From Dehalococcoidales bacterium (lineage in GTDB: Bacteria > Chloroflexota > Dehalococcoidia > Dehalococcoidales > Fen-1064), in assembly GCA_020342155.1 (NCBI GenBank), contig CP070842.1:204183-268182 (forward strand): a DNA stretch of 64,000 nt, given 5' to 3'. This document shows, in pieces, positions 28,725 to 38,278 of the stretch; position 1 is the stretch's first letter, and each line of letters begins with the position of its first letter. The position numbers were made by a program, and so were the translations under genes. Below the pieces are notes generated by a model. That model was not told the origin of the DNA. It did not search any database and saw only the letters and a list, made by a program, of their open reading frames with translations.

Positions 28725-28916
28725 GTGACGAAGTTCAATGTAGGTGACAGGGTCAGGATTCTGGACAGGCCGGACTGGCCCGGGGGATATAAGATAGCCA
28801 ACTGGGAGGGTCAGATTACCGAGGTGAAAGAAGACCCGCTGGGCTACGTCATCATGCGGGCCGATAAGACGGGGTATTACATGGCATTCCCCGAGACTGA
28901 ACTGGAGAGGATTTAA
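28725..28916 (+). CDS. 63-aa SH3-like small protein embedded between nuoB and nuoC (NdhS/PsaE-like pattern)
   Basis: GTG at 28725 with AAGGAG 8 nt upstream. Sequence FNVGDRVRILDRP...GQITEV...YVIMR...MAFPETELERI. Confidence 0.5.
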   Translation: MTKFNVGDRVRILDRPDWPGGYKIANWEGQITEVKEDPLGYVIMRADKTGYYMAFPETELERI

Positions 28917-28941
28917 TAGCTGCGTACCAGTAGTAGAAAAA

Positions 28942-29379
28942 ATGACTACCTCTCTCTTAACCACAGAAGTTGCCAAGCAAATAAATGAACACCTGCCCGG
29001 CGCGGTTGTAGAGACCACTGATGCCGCTATTCTGGTGAATGGCAATTCGTTATTAGATGTGGCTGATTTCTTCAAGAATACCGCCGGGCTTGACTTCGAC
29101 TACCTGACCACAATAACGGCGGTCGATTACTATCAGTATTTCGAGGTTATCTACCTGTTCGTCTCCATGGAGCATAACCATAGCCTTGTAGTGAAAGCCC
29201 GCTGCTCCCGGGAAAATCCTTCGTTACCCTCGCTGGTCAGCCTGTGGCGCAGCGCTGACCACCAGGAAAGGGAAATTTACGACCTTATGGGAATTACCTT
29301 TGAAGGTCATCCTAATATGAAACGAATCGTCCTCTGGCCGGAGTTCCAGGGACATCCGCTACGGAAGGACTACCTGTAA
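28942..29379 (+). CDS. nuoC: NADH-quinone oxidoreductase subunit C
   Basis: 145 aa with ...ADHQEREIYDLMGITFEGHP...LRKDY, the NuoC signature. Confidence 0.85.
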   Translation: MTTSLLTTEVAKQINEHLPGAVVETTDAAILVNGNSLLDVADFFKNTAGLDFDYLTTITAVDYYQYFEVIYLFVSMEHNHSLVVKARCSRENPSLPSLVSLWRSADHQEREIYDLMGITFEGHPNMKRIVLWPEFQGHPLRKDYL

Positions 29380-30483
29380 ATGCAGTTGAGAACCGAGCCT
29401 TTTGTCCTCAATATCGGGCCGGTGCATCCGAGCACCCATGGCGTATTCCGCATGAGGGCTACTCTCGACGGCGAAGTCGTCGTTGACCTCGAGCCGGTCT
29501 TCGGCTATCTGCACCGCGGCATTGAGAAACTAGCCGAGGAGCGCACATATAGCGGTGTTATCCCGCTGACAGACCGTCTCGACTACGTAGCTTCAATAAC
29601 CAACAACCTGGCCTATGTTCTCGCTGTAGAGAAGCTTGCCGGTATTACCGTACCGGAGCGGGCCGAATACATCCGGGTTATTACCTCTGAAATGCAGCGT
29701 ATAGCCGCCCACCTGGTATCGGTCGGTTCCTTCCTGAACGATGCCGGCGCTTACTTTACCCCCTTCCTCTACATGTACCGCGAGCGGGAGAACATCGTAG
29801 ACCTCTTCGATATGCTCTGCGGCCAGCGCCTTCTCTACAGCTACATGCGCATCGGCGGTGTCAGCCAGGACCTCCCTGATGAGTTTTTACCAGCCCTGCG
29901 TAAATTCATCCCCCACATGCGCTCACGCATCAATGAGTACGATTGGCTCCTCAAGGAGAATGAGATTTTGCTGGCCCGCGCCAAGGGCGTGGGTATTCTG
30001 CCGCGAGAAACGGCGATTAGCATCGGGGCCAGCGGGCCGGTGCTCCGTGGCTGCGGTGTTAAATGGGACCTGCGTAAGGCAGACCCCTACTCTATCTACG
30101 ACCGCTTCGAGTTCGATATCCCCACCGGTATCCAGGGTGACTGCTACGACCGCTACCGTGTGAGGGTCGAGGAAATGCGGCAGAGCCTGCGCATCCTCGA
30201 GCAGGCAGTCGAGCAGATACCTGCCGGAGAGATACGAGGCGACGTACCACAACTGGTACGGCCACCGGCGGGTGAAGCCTATGCCCATGTTGAAGGCCCC
30301 ACGGGAGAGGTTGGTTTTCATGTAGTCTCCGATGGCTCTATTGCCCCATACCGGTGCCACATCCGGGCACCCAGTTTGATGAACCTGACAGCACTTAAAG
30401 ACATGATTGTAGGCTGGAAGGTCCAGGATCTGATACTCATCTTCGGCAGCTTTGCTATCACCATGGGTGAGGTTGACAGATGA
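29380..30483 (+). CDS. nuoD: NADH-quinone oxidoreductase subunit D
   Basis: 367 aa with GPVHPSTHGVFR, YLHRGIEKL and the C-terminal ITMGEVDR signature. Confidence 0.9.
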   Translation: MQLRTEPFVLNIGPVHPSTHGVFRMRATLDGEVVVDLEPVFGYLHRGIEKLAEERTYSGVIPLTDRLDYVASITNNLAYVLAVEKLAGITVPERAEYIRVITSEMQRIAAHLVSVGSFLNDAGAYFTPFLYMYRERENIVDLFDMLCGQRLLYSYMRIGGVSQDLPDEFLPALRKFIPHMRSRINEYDWLLKENEILLARAKGVGILPRETAISIGASGPVLRGCGVKWDLRKADPYSIYDRFEFDIPTGIQGDCYDRYRVRVEEMRQSLRILEQAVEQIPAGEIRGDVPQLVRPPAGEAYAHVEGPTGEVGFHVVSDGSIAPYRCHIRAPSLMNLTALKDMIVGWKVQDLILIFGSFAITMGEVDR

Positions 30484-31607
30484 TGGTAGTCCCGAATATC
30501 ACGGCTGATGCTTTTCGCCACTTTGCGCCTGTAGCCTCGGACTGGCCGGGCAATGAGTGGTGGCACTGGCTGGTATTCACCGTCATTATCATTGTATTTA
30601 TCCTGGTGATGGTCATCATATTCATCTACCTGGAGCGCCGGATTATCGCCTGGTTCGCAGCTAGAATCGGCCCCAACCGGACCGGTCCCTTCGGAGTTTT
30701 TCAGAACATCGCTGCCGCCCTCAAGCTGCTTCTTAAGGAGGGAGTAAACCCGACCAACGCTGATATACTTATCTTCTGGCTAGCGCCAATAGTGGTCTTC
30801 GCCCCGGTAATCGCCGTTTTCGCCGTGGTACCCTTCCAGGATGGAGCACTTCTGAAAGACCTCAACATAGGTATCCTCTTCGTTATCGCTATCAGCTCAA
30901 TCTCTACTATCGGCGTCTTCATGGCCGGGTGGAGCTCAGGCAATAAGTATTCGATGCTGGGTGCGATGCGCATGATCGCGGCTGTGGTCAGCTACGAGAT
31001 TCCGGTGGTATTAGCCTTGGCCGGCGTCGTCATGCTGGCTGGTTCGCTCTCGCTAAATGACATCGTAGTGGCACAGGAGCGTGTGCCCTTTATCCTGCTG
31101 CAACCCCTTGGCTTCCTGCTTCTCTTTGTTGGTGGCTGCGCCGAGATAAACCGCAGCCCCTTTGACCTGATGGAAGCCGACTCTGAGCTTGTGGCTGGTT
31201 TCCACACCGAGTATTCAGGCATAAAGTGGGCCATGTTCTTCCTGGGAGAGTTCGGCGAAATGGTGGTCATGGCCACCTTAATCGCCACACTATTCCTCGG
31301 CGGCTGGCAGGGGCCGGGGCTGCCACCGTGGCTGTGGTTATTGATAAAGATATTTATAGTGGACTTCGTTATGATATGGACCCGGGCTACACTGCCGCGT
31401 GTCCGGATAGACCAGTTGATGGCACTGGCGTGGAAATTCATGTTCCCGTTAGCACTGGTGAACCTGATTGTAACAGCGATACAGGTACTGGCCTGGCCGG
31501 ATGCCCTTCCACTCTACGTGATACCGATTAACTGGGTTATTACAGTCATGTTGGTTCTGCTGGGAAGTAAACTCTTCAAGTTAGGATGGGGTAGAGTTGA
31601 AGTTTGA
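30480..31607 (+). CDS. nuoH: NADH-quinone oxidoreductase subunit H
   Basis: ERRIIAWFAARIGPNRTGPFG and EINRSPFDLMEADSELVAGFHTEYSG signatures. Confidence 0.9.
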   Translation: MMVVPNITADAFRHFAPVASDWPGNEWWHWLVFTVIIIVFILVMVIIFIYLERRIIAWFAARIGPNRTGPFGVFQNIAAALKLLLKEGVNPTNADILIFWLAPIVVFAPVIAVFAVVPFQDGALLKDLNIGILFVIAISSISTIGVFMAGWSSGNKYSMLGAMRMIAAVVSYEIPVVLALAGVVMLAGSLSLNDIVVAQERVPFILLQPLGFLLLFVGGCAEINRSPFDLMEADSELVAGFHTEYSGIKWAMFFLGEFGEMVVMATLIATLFLGGWQGPGLPPWLWLLIKIFIVDFVMIWTRATLPRVRIDQLMALAWKFMFPLALVNLIVTAIQVLAWPDALPLYVIPINWVITVMLVLLGSKLFKLGWGRVEV

Positions 31608-32079
31608 GCGATATGGGATTGGCATTGCCAAGGGCCTCACGGTGACGATGAGGAACCTGCTGCGGCGCCGGATAACCACGCAGTACCCCGAGCAGAGACT
31701 GACAGTATCCCGCCGCACTCGCGGTAACGAGCTGGTCTGGAGTAAGGAGAAATGCACCGGTTGCGCTACCTGTGCCAAGACCTGTCCGCAGGGGGTTATC
31801 CATATCGTGACATCTCCAGGTGAAGAGAACAGCTACGAGGTTGAAGAGTTCGAGGTAGACACCGGCTACTGCATCTCGTGCGGCCTGTGTGTCGAGGCCT
31901 GCCCTTATGATGCCCTCTACATGAGCTACGCCTTCGAGCTGGCCAGATACCGACGTGGTGAGTTGGTGCTTTCCCGGAACGATATGCTGATAGAGAATAA
32001 ACAGGCAAGCGCCTATTTCCGCCCCGAAATTTCCGAGACCTTACCTGAGCAAGAACTGTTAATAGACCGGAAGGAGTAA
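31597..32079 (+). CDS. nuoI: NADH-quinone oxidoreductase subunit I (2x[4Fe-4S])
   Basis: CTGCATCAKTCP and CISCGLCVEACP ferredoxin motifs. TTG start overlaps the nuoH end. Confidence 0.85.
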   Translation: MKFERYGIGIAKGLTVTMRNLLRRRITTQYPEQRLTVSRRTRGNELVWSKEKCTGCATCAKTCPQGVIHIVTSPGEENSYEVEEFEVDTGYCISCGLCVEACPYDALYMSYAFELARYRRGELVLSRNDMLIENKQASAYFRPEISETLPEQELLIDRKE

Positions 32080-32086
32080 AAAAGCG

Positions 32087-32575
32087 ATGGCACTGGACTT
32101 CGCCTTTTGGTTGCTAGCCATCGTCAGTGTTGCTGCCGCGTTGGCGGTAGTACTGCTTCGTGACGTCTTCCGGGCAGCGCTCGCGCTGGTGCTTTGCTTT
32201 ATCATGGTGGCCGGTCTCTATGTTACTCTAAGTGCCGATTTTCTGGCGGCAGTGCAGATTCTGGTCTACGTAGGTGCTATAGCAATACTGCTTATCCTGG
32301 GCATAATGCTCACGCGAGACGTTCAGCGTGGTAGTCTGTCCAACAAGCTGCGTTTCCCGGCCTCTCTGGTAGCGTTAATCTTCTTAGGAACGGTCACCTT
32401 TGCTGTACTCAATACCCAGTGGGTAATACCGGCCGGGACGCCGATTGAGCCGACAACCGCCACATTGGCAGGTCAGCTCTTTGGTGAAAACGGCTATATC
32501 CTGACGGTGGAGATTGCCGCCGTCCTGTTACTGGCAGCCATCATCGGAGCCATTGTCCTGGTGAGGGAGAAGTAA
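32087..32575 (+). CDS. nuoJ: NADH-quinone oxidoreductase subunit J
   Basis: 162 aa, 5 TM. Call rests on position in the operon and the VQILVYVGAI pattern. Confidence 0.8.
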   Translation: MALDFAFWLLAIVSVAAALAVVLLRDVFRAALALVLCFIMVAGLYVTLSADFLAAVQILVYVGAIAILLILGIMLTRDVQRGSLSNKLRFPASLVALIFLGTVTFAVLNTQWVIPAGTPIEPTTATLAGQLFGENGYILTVEIAAVLLLAAIIGAIVLVREK

Positions 32576-32578
32576 AGT

Positions 32579-32890
32579 ATGTCGATAGGTCTGGAACATT
32601 ACCTCGTGCTCTCGGCTGTCCTGTTCGCTATCGGCCTGTACGGGGCACTGTCCAAACGTAATACTATCGCCATTTTGCTATGCATTGAGATTATGCTCAA
32701 TGCGGTGAATATCGCGATGGTCGCCTTCTCTCGGTATGTCGCGTCCGAAATGCTGACGGGGCACGTCTTTGCGATTTTCATCATGGCCGTGGCGGCTGCC
32801 GAGGCAGCCGTTGGTCTGGCGATAATAATAGCGATATACCGTCAGCGAGGTACGGTTGATCCCACGGATATAGACTCGATGAAACGGTAG
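32579..32890 (+). CDS. nuoK: NADH-quinone oxidoreductase subunit K
   Basis: 103 aa, 3 [13 protein letters not shown] and [11 protein letters not shown] signatures. Confidence 0.85.
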   Translation: MSIGLEHYLVLSAVLFAIGLYGALSKRNTIAILLCIEIMLNAVNIAMVAFSRYVASEMLTGHVFAIFIMAVAAAEAAVGLAIIIAIYRQRGTVDPTDIDSMKR

Positions 32891-32896
32891 TTGACT

Positions 32897-33091
32897 ATGT
32901 GGGTAGAGATTAAAAAGACACCAAACCTGATGATGGCGGAGATGTGGAAGGAGTTCTTCGAAGGGGAGGGAATACCCACCCGCATCATGCCGGAATCCGG
33001 TTTGCCCATCGGGCAGGAACTGACCACCTATCGCATCCTGGTTCCTGAAGATAAAAGACACGTAATAGACGAGGTGATGAGGAAAATCTAA
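32897..33091 (+). CDS. DUF2007-like small protein embedded between nuoK and nuoL
   Basis: 64-66 aa (ATG 32897 or TTG 32891). MWVEI...MMAEMWKEFFEGEGIP...ILVPEDKRHVIDEVM. Stop overlaps the nuoL ATG (TAATG). Confidence 0.5.
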   Translation: MWVEIKKTPNLMMAEMWKEFFEGEGIPTRIMPESGLPIGQELTTYRILVPEDKRHVIDEVMRKI

Positions 33092-35046
33092 TGCCGAGCC
33101 AAGCTTTCTGGCTAATCTTCCTGCTACCAGTAATCTCCTTCGTGCTGATAGCAGTGCTGGTCAAGCCCTTCACTAGGCGTGATTCGCCGGTGGCAGGATA
33201 CATCACCATTATGGCCATCACCGGCTCGGTCATACTGTCCATCTGGACACTGGCCGAGGTCCTGGGTGCACCACACCATGAAATACACGTGCCCGATATC
33301 ACCTGGGTGGTTATCGGGGACTTCACTATCAAGATGGGCATCATCATGGATTCATTGACGGCCGTGATGCTGGTAGTGGTTACAGTCGTCAGCCTGATGG
33401 TACAGATATACTCGCTGGGCTACATGGAGCATTTCGTCCATCACGATGGGGATACATATACCCGCTACTACGCGTGGATGTCACTCTTCACCGCCTCCAT
33501 GCTCGGCCTGATAATCGCCGACAACCTCTTGATGATGTTCGTCTTCTGGGAGATGGTGGGGCTATGCTCCTATCTCCTCATCGGATACTGGTTCCACAAG
33601 CCATCGGCAGCCAATGCCGCCAAGAAGGCCTTTATTGTCACCCGCTTCGGTGACTTCGGCTTCCTGGCAGCCATCCTGGTGCTTTTCGCCAATACTGGAA
33701 CGTTCGACACGGCACAGCTGAGCGATATGGCGGCTATCGGTCTGCTCGGTGGTGGAGCACTTACCTGGGCAGCTATCGGCATCTTCTCCGGCGCGATGGG
33801 TAAATCAGCCCAGTTCCCGCTGCATGTGTGGCTACCGGACGCCATGGAAGGCCCGACACCCGTCAGCGCTTTAATCCATTCGGCAACGATGGTCTCGGCC
33901 GGTGTTTTCCTCGTCGCCCGCACCTTCCCGATATTTGCACACTCAATCGAGGCTGTTACACTGGTGGCTGCCATCGGAGCTTTTACGGCGATATTCGCCG
34001 CCTCGATGGGCCTGGTGATGAACGATATCAAACGTGTTCTGGCTTATTCAACCATCAGCCAGCTCGGTTACATGATGCTGGCTCTGGGGGCAGCCGGTAT
34101 CGTCCTTAACCACGAGGGACACGTTACCATTGAGGCCGCCAAGGCTGCCGTTGCTATCGGTATCTTCCACCTGTTCACCCACGCTTTCTTCAAGTCGCTG
34201 CTGTTTCTTGGCTCCGGTAGCGTTAATCACGCTACTGGTACGTTCGACATGCGTCTCATGGGTGGCCTACGTAAGGTAATGCCCTGGACTTATATTACCT
34301 TCCTTATAGGCTCGCTGAGTCTGGCCGGTATCTGGCCGCTGGCGGGTTTCTGGAGCAAGGACGAGATTTTAATCACTGCTCTCGACGGTAATAAGCTGCT
34401 GTTCGTTCTGGCGATGATAACGGTGTTTATGACGGCCTTCTACATGTTCCGTGTGATATTTATGACCTTCCACGGTGAGTATCGCGGCGGTGAATCGGAG
34501 GAGTACAGCCATCCCCACGAGTCGTCAAAGGTAATGGTACTGCCACTGGTATTCCTCGCCGTCCTATCAGTCGGTGTCGGCTGGTGGAATCTCGGAGGTA
34601 ACTTTGCCAAGTTTATGGGTGAACACCACCCGCATGGGGTCAACTTATTTAACGTCTTCACCAGTTCACCGTGGCCTATCATATCGTTGTTACTGGCACT
34701 GGCCGGTATCGGGCTTGCCTATCTGATGTACGGCTCGAAGCTGATTTCGGCAGAGAAAATCGGCGCCCGCTTCAAAATGTTCTACAACGCCCTGATTAAC
34801 AAGTACTGGTTCGATGAGCTTTATGAGAATATCATCGTAAAGAAGGTCCTGCTCGGTGGAATATTCGCCGGTTTACAGGAAATAGACGCTAACGGTGTTG
34901 ATGGCATGGTGAATTCTACGGCCAGCGGCGTCTTCGGAAGTGGCAATATAGTCCGACGATTACAAACAGGACAGCTCCAGCTGTACGGGCTATTCATCGG
35001 GCTCGGGGCAGCGGTAATTGCCATTGTTCTCTTTATCGTTAACTAG
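33091..35046 (+). CDS. nuoL: NADH-quinone oxidoreductase subunit L
   Basis: 651 aa antiporter-like subunit with a long C-terminal lateral-helix region. WEMVGLCSYLLIGYW and SAQFPLHVWLPDAMEGPTP signatures. Confidence 0.9.
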   Translation: MPSQAFWLIFLLPVISFVLIAVLVKPFTRRDSPVAGYITIMAITGSVILSIWTLAEVLGAPHHEIHVPDITWVVIGDFTIKMGIIMDSLTAVMLVVVTVVSLMVQIYSLGYMEHFVHHDGDTYTRYYAWMSLFTASMLGLIIADNLLMMFVFWEMVGLCSYLLIGYWFHKPSAANAAKKAFIVTRFGDFGFLAAILVLFANTGTFDTAQLSDMAAIGLLGGGALTWAAIGIFSGAMGKSAQFPLHVWLPDAMEGPTPVSALIHSATMVSAGVFLVARTFPIFAHSIEAVTLVAAIGAFTAIFAASMGLVMNDIKRVLAYSTISQLGYMMLALGAAGIVLNHEGHVTIEAAKAAVAIGIFHLFTHAFFKSLLFLGSGSVNHATGTFDMRLMGGLRKVMPWTYITFLIGSLSLAGIWPLAGFWSKDEILITALDGNKLLFVLAMITVFMTAFYMFRVIFMTFHGEYRGGESEEYSHPHESSKVMVLPLVFLAVLSVGVGWWNLGGNFAKFMGEHHPHGVNLFNVFTSSPWPIISLLLALAGIGLAYLMYGSKLISAEKIGARFKMFYNALINKYWFDELYENIIVKKVLLGGIFAGLQEIDANGVDGMVNSTASGVFGSGNIVRRLQTGQLQLYGLFIGLGAAVIAIVLFIVN

Positions 35047-35060
35047 TAATGAAGTGGACT

Positions 35061-35077
35061 ACGGGGCTTTACCCCGT
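35061..35077 (+). other. intra-operon GC hairpin between nuoL and nuoM
   Basis: ACGGGG-cttta-CCCCGT with no clear T-tract after it. Function unknown; an RNA-processing or stability element is possible. Confidence 0.25.
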
Positions 35078-35116
35078 TTAATTGAGGATATTAAAGACGG
35101 ATAGGAGTCAAGAGGC

Positions 35117-36601
35117 TTGGATTCTGGTTACCTGCTAGCCATAATCCTGCTGCCGGTGGCAGGAACAATACTGATTGCGTTTATACCCGGTCTCTCCGAG
35201 AGACTCATCAGGTATATTGCCGCCGTTTCCACCCTGGTCTCTTTAATACTGGCGGTAGTCATCTTCGCCGGTTTCGACAGGGTAATCGGTGGCATACAGT
35301 ACGAGATGAAGGCGTCCTGGATCGAGGCAGTCAATGCCAACTTCCACCTGGGGGTTGACGGCTTGAGCCTGCCGCTGGTATTATTGACCGCCTTCCTCGG
35401 TTTCGTGGTAGTCCTCATTTCATGGAAGATTCATGAGAGAGTCCGAGAGTACTTCGCCTGGTTGCTCCTGCTGGAGGCAAGTATCCTCGGTGTCTTCTGC
35501 TCACTCGACCTGCTACTCTTCTTTATCTTCTGGGAAATAGAGGTCATCCCGATGTACTTCCTCATCTCGATATGGGGGACAGGACGCCGCGAGTACTCAT
35601 CAATCAAGTACGTTCTCTATACCCTGTTCGGCAGTGCCTTCATGCTGGCCGGTATCCTCAGCCTCTACTTCACCACCGGCAGCCTTAGTATGGTGGATAT
35701 CGCCAACCGTGATGGCGTCATTGTACAGTCCATCATGCCGGTGGCAGTCATCTTCTGGCTACTCATTATCGGCTTTGCCGTTAAGCTACCAGTCTTCCCG
35801 CTACACACCTGGTTGCCCGATGCACATACCGATGCGCCCACCGCCGGCAGTGTCATGCTGGCCGGGGCACTCATCAAGATGGGTGGCTACGGTATGATTC
35901 GCATCTGCGTAAGTATCTTCCCCGAAGTCGCTCAGCAGTTTGCGCCACTTTTACTGGCACTGGCCGTCATCAGCATACTTTACGGGGCGGCCGTCACGCT
36001 ACGGCAGACCGACCTGAAACGGATGATTGCTTACAGCAGCGTCAGCCATATGGGTTTCGTGTTGCTGGGTGTTTTCGCCCTGGGTGACGTAAGCCTTACC
36101 GGTGCCGGTTTGCAGATGGTCAGTCACGGTCTACTCACCGGCCTCTTATTCGCTATGGCTGGTCTGACTATGCACAACGTCGAAGAACGTGACCTGACGA
36201 AGCTGGGTGGTCTGGCACGACAGATGCCAGTTATCGCCATTGTCTTCTCGATTGCCGGCCTGGGCTCCTTGGGACTGCCGTTAACCAGCGGCTTTGCCGC
36301 CGAGTTCATCACCTTCACCGGCGCCTTTTCCAGTACCACCGTAGCCGGTGTCGAGGTCTATACCCTGCTGGCGGTACTGGGGGTAGTCCTGGCAGCCGGT
36401 TACATCCTGTGGATGCTCCAGCGAACGTTCTACGGCCCGGTGCTGGAGCAGTATAACGGTGTCAAGGACGCGGACAAACTGGAGAAGGTATACATGTTCG
36501 CCTTTGTCGCCCTGATTCTGCTGGTGGGCATTTGTCCCTTTATCCTGACTGATGTTATTAAGCTCGGCGTTTCGCCGATAGCTATGTTGATAGGTGGTTA
36601 G
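35117..36601 (+). CDS. nuoM: NADH-quinone oxidoreductase subunit M
   Basis: 494 aa antiporter-like subunit. KLPVFPLHTWLPDAHTDAPTAGSV. TTG start with AGGAG upstream. Confidence 0.9.
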   Translation: MDSGYLLAIILLPVAGTILIAFIPGLSERLIRYIAAVSTLVSLILAVVIFAGFDRVIGGIQYEMKASWIEAVNANFHLGVDGLSLPLVLLTAFLGFVVVLISWKIHERVREYFAWLLLLEASILGVFCSLDLLLFFIFWEIEVIPMYFLISIWGTGRREYSSIKYVLYTLFGSAFMLAGILSLYFTTGSLSMVDIANRDGVIVQSIMPVAVIFWLLIIGFAVKLPVFPLHTWLPDAHTDAPTAGSVMLAGALIKMGGYGMIRICVSIFPEVAQQFAPLLLALAVISILYGAAVTLRQTDLKRMIAYSSVSHMGFVLLGVFALGDVSLTGAGLQMVSHGLLTGLLFAMAGLTMHNVEERDLTKLGGLARQMPVIAIVFSIAGLGSLGLPLTSGFAAEFITFTGAFSSTTVAGVEVYTLLAVLGVVLAAGYILWMLQRTFYGPVLEQYNGVKDADKLEKVYMFAFVALILLVGICPFILTDVIKLGVSPIAMLIGG

Positions 36602-36615
36602 CATAGGAGTAGGTC

Positions 36616-38076
36616 TTGAATCTTGAGCTGTTAGCACCGGAAATTAGCTTAGCAGCTACGGCTGTGGCCGTAATCCTGCTGGACCTCCTTATCCAGCGGA
36701 AGGGGTTGCTGGCGGTTGCCAGTGTCATCGGTCTGGTGGTATCGGCCGCATTCACCATCGTCATGTACGGAGAACCTTCTCGGACCATCTTCAACAACAC
36801 GCTGGCAGTGGACAACTTCGCTCTCTTCTTCAAACTGCTCTTCCTCGGGATTGCCGCCCTGGTCATCCTGGCATCAGTCGACTACGCATCGAAGCTGGAA
36901 CGCTTCCGGGGCGAGTACCATGCGCTGGTATTGCTGTCGGCGCTGGGTATGATGCTGATGGCGACCGCCGCCGAGCTTATTACCATCTATGTCGCCCTGG
37001 AACTGGCGAGTATCTCCCTGTACGTCCTGGCCGGTTTCCTAAAAGACCCCAAGTCCAGCGAGTCTTCGCTGAAGTACCTGCTGCTCGGTGCTACCGCCTC
37101 AGCCGTGCTCCTCTACGGGATGGCGCTTGTCTTCGGCACCACCGGCACGACGCAGTTGGGCGAAATCGGCCAGCAGGTCCAGTCCCTCGGGGTGCAGGGC
37201 ATAATCGATAATCCGGCCCTTATTCTCGGTATCGTCCTGCTGATAGCCGGTTTCGGCTTCAAGATTGCCGCCGTACCCTTCCAGATGTGGGTACCCGACG
37301 TCTACGAAGGCGCCCCGACCCCGATAACTGCCTATCTGTCTGTGGCGAGTAAGGCAGCCGGGTTCGCCGTCATCGTCCGAATTTTCAGTACCGCCTTCGG
37401 CCTCCCCAGCTGGCTGAGCCTGGACTGGGGTATCGTCTTTGCGGTGCTGGCGGCCATCGGTATGACGGTGGGTAATATCTCAGCGCTACCACAGACCAAC
37501 ATCAAGCGTATGTTCGGTTATTCCAGCATCGCCCAGGCGGGCTATCTGATGGTCGGGCTGGCTGCCATGGGTGTGGCATCAGCCGGCGAGACCATCGGGC
37601 AAAGTACCATCCTCTTCTTCCTGCTGAGCTACGCGGTAGCTAATATGGGAGCCTTTATCGCCATCATCGCCATCACCGACAAGATTGATAGCGACCTCAT
37701 CCAGGACTTCTCCGGAATAGCAAAGCGGTCGCCGCTGCTGGCCCTGGCACTGACCGTCTGTCTGGTATCGCTGATAGGTATGCCACCGGCAGCGGGCTTC
37801 ATGGCCAAGTTCTACATCTTCGGCGGGGCGGCACAGAACGGGCTGCTCTGGCTGGTCATTATCGCCGTACTCAACAGCGTAATATCCGCCTTCTACTATT
37901 TGCGTGTCGTCAAGGTAATGTGGCTCGGTGAACCGTCTTCAGCGGAGAAGGTACCCTCTTCCGGAGCACTGCGCGTAGCCCTGACACTCACCTCTCTCGG
38001 CGTCCTGGGGTTGTTTATTTTTGCCGACCCTCTCATAAAGGCAGCCGAATCCGCCGCCAAGATGCTCGGGTCTTAG
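36616..38076 (+). CDS. nuoN: NADH-quinone oxidoreductase subunit N
   Basis: 486 aa antiporter-like subunit. KIAAVPFQMWVPDVYEGAPTP. TTG start with AGGAG upstream. Confidence 0.9.
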   Translation: MNLELLAPEISLAATAVAVILLDLLIQRKGLLAVASVIGLVVSAAFTIVMYGEPSRTIFNNTLAVDNFALFFKLLFLGIAALVILASVDYASKLERFRGEYHALVLLSALGMMLMATAAELITIYVALELASISLYVLAGFLKDPKSSESSLKYLLLGATASAVLLYGMALVFGTTGTTQLGEIGQQVQSLGVQGIIDNPALILGIVLLIAGFGFKIAAVPFQMWVPDVYEGAPTPITAYLSVASKAAGFAVIVRIFSTAFGLPSWLSLDWGIVFAVLAAIGMTVGNISALPQTNIKRMFGYSSIAQAGYLMVGLAAMGVASAGETIGQSTILFFLLSYAVANMGAFIAIIAITDKIDSDLIQDFSGIAKRSPLLALALTVCLVSLIGMPPAAGFMAKFYIFGGAAQNGLLWLVIIAVLNSVISAFYYLRVVKVMWLGEPSSAEKVPSSGALRVALTLTSLGVLGLFIFADPLIKAAESAAKMLGS

Positions 38077-38152
38077 CTACGGATTCTACTCGTGAAACCT
38101 GCCTAAACCTCCGTATATTCGTATGCCTAAAGACACGATGCCCGCAAATGGC

Positions 38153-38174
38153 AAAGAGGGGCTTCGCCCCTCTT
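38153..38174 (+). repeat. single AAGAGGGGC/GCCCCTCTT hairpin module (partial repeat copy)
   Basis: aaAGAGGGGCttcGCCCCTCTTaaacaccc. Same stem and tail as the second hairpin of E1-E3. Confidence 0.7.
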
Positions 38175-38278
38175 AAACACCCTATATATCTGGGATCATC
38201 CTACAGCCTCAGAGCTATCAGCAGGCACCATCCAAGGTGCGAACGACCCCCGCTAAAGAACTGGCCTCACACCGTTTT

